In this document: positions 25,309 through 36,100 of the stretch, in pieces
Position numbering within the stretch: the stretch's first letter is position 1
How the letters are laid out: each line of letters opens with the position of its first letter
Source: Convolutriloba macropyga
Taxonomy: Eukaryota
Length of the DNA: 64,000 bases
Direction of reading: 5' to 3'
Assembly: GCF_964194025.1 (NCBI RefSeq)
Contig: NC_134479.1
Location: forward strand, 28,892,001-28,956,000
Translations under genes and position numbers: made by a program
Notes under the pieces: model-generated
Databases searched by the model: none
Seen by the model: only the letters and a program-made list of their open reading frames with translations
What the model was told of the DNA's origin: nothing

Positions 25309-26325
25309 CCCTAGTCGAGAATGGAGGGTTATCTTGTAGGAATCTGGCGGGTTTTGGCAGATTCTTACAAGACGATGCATCTTCTGCCAGAAAATTCCTG
25401 ATTCTTACAAGATAACCATTTTCTGCTAGATTCCTACAAGATAACCATTTTGCTGCCAGATTCCGACAAGATAACCTTCTTTCTGCCAGATTCCTACAGG
25501 ATAACCATTTTCTGCCAGATTCCTACATGATAAGCATTTTTCTGCCAGATTCTTACAAAATAACCTTTTTTCTGTCAGATTTCTACAAGATAAACGTTTT
25601 TCTCTCAGATTCCTACAAGATCACCATTGTTCTGCCAGATGACTACAATAAAACCATTGTTGTGCCTGGGTCTTCGAAGATAACTAATTTCTATTTTTTA
25701 AACAAAAGATAACAATTTTCAGTAAGATTCCTGTAATGTCAAAACTCTTCTGCGAATACCGTCGCAACTGATTTTTCTCCGGGAATTCCTTGATTTGTTC
25801 TCGCATTAATTAATAGAAAAATTGACAAACTGATGAATTAAGAAAATGCGTATGATGTAATTATTTGTATTTGATTGAGGTGCAAAAATTATGTCCTGTA
25901 CTTGAAATAAAAACAAATAAAAATTTCGGAAAAGTAACTCAGTAAACCATCATATTCAGCAACTATTTATCAAGCACTGTCAAAATGTTTCATGCTCTTT
26001 TATCAGATCGACTCGACAACTGTACTGGATATAATTTTCTGAAAAAATAGTTAGAGCAGTTACGATATTATTAACCAATTGAAATGCAGCTCAACCGGAA
26101 CGAACTCTTTCCCTTTTATTAGATTATTGCAAGATAACCGTTTTCTGACAGAAACTTTGGAAGCCCGATTTTGGAAGATAACCTTCTATGTCAGAATATG
26201 ACAGATTCCTGCAAGATAACCGGGCAGAAAAAGGGAAAGAGTTCCTTTCCGGTTGAGCTGCATTTCAATTGGTTAATAATATCGTAAATGTTAATAATAT
26301 CGTAACCATCTGGTCTCGACGAGGG
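25309..26325. mobile_element. Non-autonomous DNA transposon, probably CMC/EnSpm-like
   Basis: Imperfect TIRs CCCTAGTCGAGA / TCTCGACGAGGG and a 2-bp TSD CA (25307-25308, 26326-26327). Internal array of ~36-bp repeats also occurs inverted just inside the left TIR. Confidence 0.65.
25360..25730 (+). repeat. Minisatellite, ~36-bp unit (gattcctacaagataaccatttttctgcca core), about 10 copies
   Basis: Head-to-tail diverging copies with no spacers. Confidence 0.9.
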
Positions 26326-27172
26326 CAAACATTTAGTTCAAAAAATTGAGCTGCTCCAATTTCAGGAATGCATTGACGAGACAACTTTCATGAATTATCC
26401 AAACAAAAAATATCAAAAAATATAGCTTGCTTTCTTTTACACCATCGAATAATGGAGTTTTTAGTGTAAATGCAACTTTAGCTATCATTTTTGTACTGTT
26501 CTTACTTTTGTCTGGTTTTTATCCAACCAGTTTGACTTGCTAGCATCCCTAACGACCTTAAGCTAATTACTGCCAAAGCCAGTCTCCCGCCAGTTATTCG
26601 AGAGCTATTTATCTGACCTTAGTAGCTTATGTTGTATAATACTTTGGATCTGTTAGATGATTAGACTAATTCGTTGACTTATTGAATCACGCGTTTAATG
26701 ATGACTTTTGAAAATGGACTGGTAAACTGACTAAATAGTCGACCGTGGTCACTAATTTTATTTTAATAGCTTTTGCCCGGGCTTCAATCCAAACTTGATC
26801 ACGTTGTGGATCAGGCCTTTCATGAAGCCAACACAATATGCACCCAACCTTCATCAGGGAAGATGCTCTTTATCTTTTCTCAGAGAGTTGGAAACATTTC
26901 ATCTAAATAATAAATTTGAGATAATTCAGCTGAAATGGTTTTCTTGTTTTTGAAAACTATTTTTAATTGCTTTTGTTGCTGCTTTTGTGCATGATTTGTC
27001 CGGCCAATTTCGCTGTCGGTAGAGTGAACTTAGCCAGTATCCTTTTGATTTGTGGTCAAGTTCTTTGTTGACAGATTTCTGAATGAAACTATTGTGTAAA
27101 TTTAAATGATTTCAGATAATATATCTGTTTTATGCGGAGCATGGACTAAAATTGTAACAGCTCTCGGAAAAA

Positions 27173-30100
27173 ATGTCAAATTTGGTAAGAAGTGCACTAA
27201 ACTGGCTCAAAAATGCCAGTGATCTGACCCATCACGGCATTGTATTTGGCTTGTCAGCAGTTTCAGTTCCTATTGTTAGTACTCTTCCACCTTCTCTTGC
27301 TACTACAGCATGTTTTGCATCCGTGGGAACTCAATTGGGTACACAAATGTGGGTGGCAAATGTCGCTGGACCAACTATGTATCTAAATATGGAACGACAA
27401 AAGGGAAGAAACTGTTTCCTCTGATTGTGCGAAGTTGAGATACTTTGCTTTCTATTGCCTTAAGGTTAATTCTTTTCTCGTTAATTCCAATACTGATCTT
27501 TCTACCGGCAATTAGTTAATTAAGCCACTATCAATTAGTGGTATTAATTTACGTAAAGTTTCAATTGATTTGCGAGCTGCATAATCGGTGTATATGCCTA
27601 GAAGGGTCCTGGAAGAATGTTCAATAGCTCCCAAACAAAGATTGTAGCAATTATATTAGTCTGTAATTATTTTACGACTCGAAGAGGAGTCATGGAATTC
27701 TACAGGTTTTTTTTTTAAAGCTGAAGCAGGTTCGTTCATAACTTGAACTTGAACTTTCTTTCCGTACATTGACTTCTATTTTTCGAGCGACAGTACTATG
27801 CGAACTCCAGACACCCCCCCCCCCCCCCAACCACCACTGCCACCACCACCTATAAGCTACCCTCGCCCCCAATTCACCCACATCTCCTCGGGTCAATGTC
27901 CCGCTTGAACCCAACGTCAACGTACCCACCACCCCCATAACACCACCCTAAACGTGCCTACTCCCAAATCTATCTATCCTCCTACCTACACCACGGCACC
28001 CACCCCTCTCGACGACCCCCAGCCCCCACCTCTAAGTTAGGGCAAAGAAACTTACGCGAATGCTTGGTTGAAGTATGTTTCCATTCAAAAGGTTTTTTTG
28101 ATGTGCTTTTTTCATTACTCATTTACGAATGAAGAAACTATGTTAAGCGGCCTCCTAGTTTTAGCGCTGAATAATTTTTATTCTTGGTTCTCCAAAATTG
28201 TATTTATCAATTTTGGTCAAGTTTTCGGGATTATCAAATTGTTTTGTTGTGGACATTCGTATTCACCTTAAACCTGCTTGAAAACCCAGCCAGAACAATT
28301 TGAAGGACAGCGTGGACTTTTGGTCACGTATTGCAGCCAATTGTATTTTTTTGGATAAAAGGTCTGGACTATACGCTTATCTTTGATGATATGTAGTTCA
28401 AGTTTTTAATTGCTCCCGAAGAGTTCCAAGTTTCAAAAAGAATCTTATTGTTTTCAAGTGTACGGTTGGTTTAAGTTTTTAATTGCTCTTAAACAAAGTT
28501 GGTAGAAATTATATTAGTCATGTGGTCTTTTCGTCTGACCCAATTGACTTTTCGTCCTAAAAACGGGATAACTGGTGGCGCTCGGAGGGAATTAAGTGGC
28601 CGAGCAGCTCTCTTAGAGCCTCGTGCCTTGCTAGTCTCTAAGCATGCGATTCACCGAAACTGTTTAAGGAGATAATTTCAGGTTGTGAAGGGCGGTTCTT
28701 AGTCTTGAACATCCCACATTCACCTTCTACCCTATGTACTAACAGCGACCTCCTCCACGAAAAAATCGAGTCTCCGTCTGCTGTTTGAAACCGATTCGTT
28801 CGACAATAGTTTGTTAGATTCGTTCTCTTATTATTGAGCAGCATTATCAATTGTCAGTTTTTTTATTTATTAATTGCTCTCAAACGAAGTTTGTAGCAAT
28901 TATATTAGTCTGTCGTTCTTTTTTTATGCGATTTTTCGCTTGACCGATTTTTCGCCTGACGCTTTTGACTTTTCGTCCTCAAAAACGGGATAAACAGGTA
29001 GCGCCCAGCAGGCATTAAGAGCTCTTAGAGGCTTTTAGCTCTGTTTCAGCTCAAACTGTTGTGGAGACTTATACTTATGGTGTGAAGGGCGGTTCTTAGA
29101 GGTTGAAGACACCCCCACTGTTGACCCCGCCGCCCCCACTATTGCCCCACCGCCCCCCCACCACGCTGTTGCCCCCAGCCCACTGATGCGGCCCTCCCTC
29201 CCCATCAGCCCCCCGTGCACCACTCACCCCCCATCCTCCGCCCGCGTGGCTACTGACGAACAACCGATCGCTAAAAACTCGATATTTTACACTAATTTTC
29301 ACATTTTTTTTCAAGCTTTTTGACAATTTTTGTCATTTTTTGAGTTTTTCAGCCTTAGATGTCAAGGAACCTCCTCTAGGGTTTTATAATAGTTTACTAA
29401 ATAGTTACTTCTAGTGGTAGTGGAATGGTTTTAACATTTTAACACCACAAATTTTAGCAATTTCTGACAAATCGTGCAAATTTTTTCAATTTTTTGGACA
29501 TTTATTTTTCATTATCCGCGTCCTTGCAGACGCAGGGGCCAGAAAGCGTCCTTATGGGTTTGATAAAAAGTTACTGAAAAAATTGCATTTCGGAATAGCT
29601 TTCAATTTTTTAATATGACAAATTTTATCAACATTTTTGATGAAACTTGCATTTTTTTCAAGTTTTTTGAAAATGTTTGTCGATTTTTAGGTTTTTCCAG
29701 CCTCCAGAGGCGAGAAACATCGTCTAGGGTTTGAAAATAGGTTACTGTATGATTTCTAAATGTAATGGAATGTTTTTCATGATTTTAACATCACGAATGT
29801 TAGCATCTTTTTGACAAAACGTGCAAATGTTTTCAATTTTTATTTTATTTTATTCACTTTTATTTTGTTTATTTTATTTTTCATTATCCGTGTCCTTCTG
29901 GACGCAGGGGCAGAAAACGTCCTTAAGGGTTTGATAATAATTTACTGAAAAATTTCATTTGCCACGGAATAAATTTCAATTCTTTAATATGACAAATTTT
30001 ATCAATTTTTTTGATAAAACTTGCATTTTTTTTCAAGTTTTTTAAAAATGTTTGTCGGTTTTAAGGTTTTTCCAGCCTCCAGAGGCGAGAAACATCGTCT

Positions 30101-33100
30101 AGGGTTTGAAAATAGGTTACTGTATGATTTCTAAATGTAATGGAATGTTTTTCATGATTTTAACATCACGAATTTTAGCATCTTTTTGACAAAACGTGCA
30201 AATGTTTTCAATTTTTATTTTTTTTGTTTACTTTTTTTAATTTTATTTATTTTTCATTATCCGCGTCCTTCCGGACGCAGGGGCAGAAAACGTCCTTAAG
30301 GGTTTGATAAAATTTTACTGAAAAAAATTCATATGCCACGGAATAGCTTTCAATTTTTTAATATGACAAATTCTGTCGACATTTTTGATGAAACTTGCAT
30401 TTTTTTCAAGTTTTATGAAAATGTTTGTCGGTTTTTAGGTTTTTCCAGCCCCCAGAGCCGAGAAACATCATCTAGGGTTTGAAAATAGGTTACTGTATAA
30501 TTTCTAAATGTAATGGAATGTTTTTCATGATTTTAACATCACAAATTTTATCATTTTTGACAAATCGTGCAATTTTTTTCAATTTTTTGGACATTTATTC
30601 TTCATTACCCGTGTCTTTTCAGACGCAGGGGCCAGAAAGCGTCCTTTCGGGTGTAATAAAAAGTTACTGAAAGATTGCATTTGCCACGGAATAGCTTTCA
30701 ATTTTTTAATATGACAAATTTTATCAATTTTTCTGATAAAACTTGCATTTTAAGTTTTTTTAAAACCTCTTGTCGGTTTTTAGGTTTCTCCAGGCTCAAA
30801 AGCCACATAACCTCCTCTAGGGTTTGATTATAGGTTACTGCATAGCTTCTAGATGGAACGGAGTGTTTTTCAGAATTCTAATATCAGCCATTTTTAAAAA
30901 ATTTTTTGCAATTTTTCAAGTTTTTGAATCTTTTTGAATTTTGAATCGTTTTTTCCGGCACCAGGGTCATAGGGACATCCTCAAAGCTTGATGGTAAGCT
31001 ATTGCATAGTTTCCAGTAATAATGGAATGGTTATCAATTTTTCAAAGACTCCTGCTCTGAGCACTTTTTTAATAAAATTTAATTTTCAAATTTTTAGAAA
31101 ATTGTTATGTTCCAAGTTTATGGATCTTCATGAGCCAGTGACGCTATTTAAAGCTGGGACGAGGGATACTGGGTAGTGTCTTGAGACAATGAAATGGTTT
31201 TGAAGATTTTATTGTCTTGAATTTTAGCAAGATTTATGTGCTATTGTTTTCGAATTTTTCAAATAATTTTGTCCTTTTCTGAGTTTAAACGATCATTAGT
31301 GGCCAATGAAGTTTTTGGTTTTGCAGATGGGTTACTTGTTATAACTCCAGGACAAAAAATATTTTGGAACCTTTGCACTGCGAAATCTGGCAGCTTTTAT
31401 TTTTAGTTTCGCAAAATTTTATAAAGTATCAATTTTTTTATTTGGTTTATTTACTAACAAAGCTAGAGAACTAAAAGTTGAAGAGTCGAATCAAGCTAAA
31501 GCTAGGCTTACTAAACCGTGTCTAGCTACTGACATAGCCAACCGCTCGCTGGTCGTTTGAGAGAAATTCGCCCGAAATTAGTCCGTTATGTTATCAATTC
31601 TATGTATTGTTTCAGGACTTATGCTGCTGTTTTGTGTCTGTAGTTGAACAATTTCTAATTGCTCTCAAACGAAGCTTTTAACAGTTACTGTAAATGTGTA
31701 TCCTATTTGCAAATTTTTTGCTTGGCCGTTTTTGCTTTTTTGGAGCATTTTTCATCTTGTTCAGTGACTTTTTAACTCTTAGTTCTTCATTTTTGGGTGA
31801 CTTAAGCTGCTCTCGTGTTGAATTAAAGGTCGTTCCTAAAAGCCATTGTGATCGAAAGGAAATCGAAGCAATTTTAGCTAGGTGGTTAGGAGGTCAGACT
31901 GCCAGCCTGGAGGTCACGGGTTTTGAGCCCGTGTTGGGTGGTTTTTTGCGCGCATAAAACATTTCTAAGCTACACACCCTCTTAATTAAATTGCCCCTCT
32001 ATCGTTTGAGAGAATCTCATCCAAAGTTAGTCGGTTTATTTTTGTATTTGATAATCACTAAATTGAATTTCGCCCGATTATCCGATATATATATTTTGTG
32101 GCCTCTGTGAATTTGCGCTGTAAGTTTTATCTCGAGCGTCGGAGAATTTTAAACATCTGCAAGGGGTTAGCGTCACTGTTTTTTAGTTTTTTTAAAGCAA
32201 GATACATCGAGAAATTTTGGTTTCGAAGCTTTCGCATAGGTGTCCCAACTCGTTGCGCTGATGCATAATTTATTAAAACAGATTTTTTTGAGGAAACAGT
32301 GTTTTATGGAAGTTTGGAGATATCCAAGCCAGACTCTTTCCCAAATTTGCAATGGTTGGCGTAGGAACGGGGACTGGTGCATTGACCGCTTACAATTGCT
32401 TGCACCCAACTTCTGACATCGTCACTTATGTATTGGCAGTATCATTGACATCTCATCTGTTGCAGAGTTTTGTTGTCATTCCTTACGTCACCAAGCAACA
32501 ATACAGGTTTTTGTTCAAAACGTTTAGGAGTTAATTAAAAGGGTCAATTAAGAGAAAGCCCCTCCCCTAAAAGGGTAGTCGGTCAACTCGGGGACAGCAA
32601 GTCAACTCCTATGTGTATTTATAAATTCTGACAGTAGTCAAAAATTGAAGCATCAGATGCAAAGGATAAAGAAAATAAAGCATCAGAATTATGAACAAGA
32701 TAGATATGGTAAGTAGCAATTAAAGTATAATATGCAGTGATTTTGAATCAAGATTAGAAAAAATATCAAGCATTTAGCATAACAGCCTCCCTTCCTCTAC
32801 AATGGTTCCTATTGACGCTTCTACTGCAGGGCGCCTGCGCATGGAGCGCGCGCCACGGAGGCAGAGTATGGAGCTACGTAAAAGAGCGAAACTTAATTTT
32901 GTCCTTATGTACGTGATCACGTCCGAATATGAATCTTCTTTCTTATCGCTGATCCTAGAAGCCAATCTCTGTATGGCTTTTGATGCTGATGGACCAGCTC
33001 CTCCTGTACACGAGAAGATTAACGGACAGAAGGTGGCTTTCTCGACGTCGATTATCCTTTGTTCGTATTTCAGCTTCTTGATGGACTCGTGATATTTGTA

Positions 33101-36100
33101 GGAATCCGGTATGCTTCTTGGGCAACTCTTCGCATACGGATTAAACACTTTCACATCAAAGAACGTTCTGCTGAAGCGTGAATCGAAGAAACCATTAGCT
33201 TTGATATCTAGTCGAGCGTCGTCATCAATAGTAGTAATTCTATTTGCAAAGGTTTCCCCTTGCAAAGACTGAAGACAGGGCTCTACTTCGACATCATCGC
33301 AGACCTCATTGAGCAGGTTGGCAAAAGAGTCACGGATGTCATTGTGTCTTATGTGCGTATAGCCACCTTTTGGACAATGAAGAGCATGGGCTACATTAAA
33401 ATTTTCTCCACATGCGCATCTTGATGGCAATTTTACGGGATCCCATCCATATCTAAGAGCAATTCCATCTCTAAACTCTCCCTTGGTTAAATCAAAATGA
33501 TATCTTTTCAATGGAAGTGCATTTAGCCAGCATGATGCTCCTTTTTCCATAGCCAAATCTAGAGAATATGCCTCTTTATCATTGATGAGATCTTTGATTG
33601 CCAACTTTTTCGCTATAGCTTGTTCCTGTTTTTCTTTTCTGATTTTCTGAAGTATTTTCTCCTGATAAAACTCTGCATCTATAGCGTTTTGATTCTGTAA
33701 CGGCTCACAAACCCGAATGGATCTTTCATATTCGTTTGCCCTGTCTTCAGGAAGAAGAATGTTCAGCCCACCCTCTTTAAGAGGAAGAGAGAAAACCTTC
33801 CGGTATCTGTCACTGTAAGAGGGATGATTCAACATTGAAGGTATAAGATTTTTATCAATTATTTTTTCGGCTTCCCTCAGCAGACTGTCCGCGTTTGGAG
33901 TAGTCCTAGCAATAAAAGTCAACTTGTGTTGCAATCCGTTCGTAAATGATTTGTACACATTCTGAGGGGACACCTTACTATGTTTAGCGAGTTTCTCAAG
34001 CATGTTAGAGTAGTTCACTGAGTTTTCTTTCAGAAAATCGTTACAACTTTCATCAGAACCAATAACTGAACCTAGGACTCGATGACCTTCAATAACATCA
34101 ACATCTAATCCCGAAAAAACTTTGTTCGCCTTCTGAACAAACTCAGGTTTTGTAATAAGATGACATTTGACCACATTATAACCGAATGCACTGCCATGTT
34201 CATAGAGCTTATCTAGCACGAATCGCAGTGATTCAAGACTACCGGCCACATTACCGTCATCTGCGTACCATTTATGAGTCAAATTTTGATCTTCGAGCAT
34301 GTCGATGAGAGGAAGTATAGCAACTCCGTACATTGCCATCGCTATTGGATCACCTTGTGTTGTTCCTTCTTGAGACTTGATTACTTTTTTATCAATGAAG
34401 AGGTCTGATGGGGTCTTATACGAGTTTCTGATTGCTGTATAAATTGAGGGACAAAGCTTTCTGATGTTTTTTAGAGCCAGATCTCTATTCAAGCTATTAA
34501 ACGCGTTCCTGGCATCAATCAGTAGGATACCTTCAGTACGATCTTCAAGAAAGCGCTGCCGGAGTGCATGGATAGCATGTTGGATGCCACTCTTTTGTCC
34601 AAGGCACATCTGTACGTTTCCCCCAAGTAATTGGAGATCTCATTTAACGCACTTTACTATACTCCTGCCTATAATTCGTCTTATGACCTCGCCAATGCCA
34701 ATTGGTCGAACCCCAGGGCATTTATCTAGTGCAATCAGACGGCAAGCGTTATAAGAATTCAAGAAATTTAATTCTTCGGTGGCAATTCTGATTGCAGGTT
34801 TGGACACTGTTTTGCAAAGATCGATTGAGGAGGATTTGTATGATGTCAAAAGTCGTCTCCACTCGCTAGCATCAAGACCAGATGGGCCATGGCTGCCATT
34901 TGTTTTCATTGCGGCGCGTTTTATTTCAGAGACATTTATTTTTTCAAAAATAGAGGGATGGAACGGCAAATCCCGATTTTTCAGGTCAGTTACTACGTAC
35001 TTAAGATCAGCTTTCTGACTGCATGGATGCTTTTCTTGAAGAAGATCGAGTACGGTGCAGTTTTTTCCTTTGATAGTCACTTTATCGGATGTTGATAGCA
35101 CACCGCCCTTTGCATCGTCTGAAAGACATCGTAAAGCATTCGATATCTTACCCGACTCAATTTGTTTGTCAAAGGCTTTAAATTCATCCACTTCTCGTTT
35201 TCTATTTAATTTCCTTAAGCGTTCCTGAAGTGCCTTGGCCTCAACAAAAAGGTCGTCGAATTTGCATCTGATCCACAGATCGAGCCTTCTAGATAAGGTT
35301 TTTGTTATTGAAGCATCATTTTCACTTTTGAATCTTGCGAGAAGTAAATGCGGCGTTATCATTGTGCAAATCATAGCGCATTCAGTCTGAGGCCCATCTT
35401 CAAGCGTTCTTGTGAGAATGATGTTCATGACATCTGCAATTTTGAAGCCTACTTTATTTTTGCTAATGGTAAAGAAGATTAGTTTCCAATGAACTATTTC
35501 GTTGTATATTTTCCTTAAGGTTTCTATTTGTTCGTCTTTAAAATTTATCCAAAAGTCGCATGGTTCCGGGGGTGTCTCGATTGAGGGTGTTGGATCATGT
35601 TCTTGAGGATCAATTTTTGCAGGTTGACTGCAGTGTTTGCAAATGAAGTTTGGATGGTGATTGTTTTTAGTTGACAGACCACTGCATTTGATATGCATAT
35701 ATGTACCGCAACCGTAGCACCAAACTCCACCTCCTCGGAGGTGAATAGAACACTTAGAGCAATGGGTTTGAGTATCTGACATTGTCAGAGGGAGGCTGTT
35801 TACCGAGTGTAGATTATTGATAAAGATGAATATAACTATGCATAAAATTCATTGCAAAAGGATATCACATTATGTAGATACAGCGTAAACAAATGGTTAC
35901 CGTAGAAAGAGAAATGAATACCATCTCGACAAAAAGCAGACCTGCTGAAGAAAAAATATGGTGAAACAATCAAAGGAACTGCATAAAAATGAAGAAATCG
36001 ATGCAGAGCCAAGTTCATGAAATATATTTTCCTGTTAAGAAGTTTATTATTTGAAGTGGCAATTATTTTAGGTGAAACGACAATACGCGGTTGGAATTTA

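Noticed and set aside
25360-25730. ~36-bp repeats resembling a CRISPR array
   Set aside because: The units abut with no unique spacers, the context is eukaryotic, and there are no cas genes; it is a transposon-internal minisatellite.
27690-29326. Gly/Trp-rich minus-strand ORFs
   Set aside because: They derive from low-complexity C-rich tracts within family B elements.
34640-34642. Programmed stop-codon readthrough in CRE ORF2
   Set aside because: A single TGA inside the RT domain is more simply a nonsense mutation such as CGA to TGA; other copies are needed to say otherwise.
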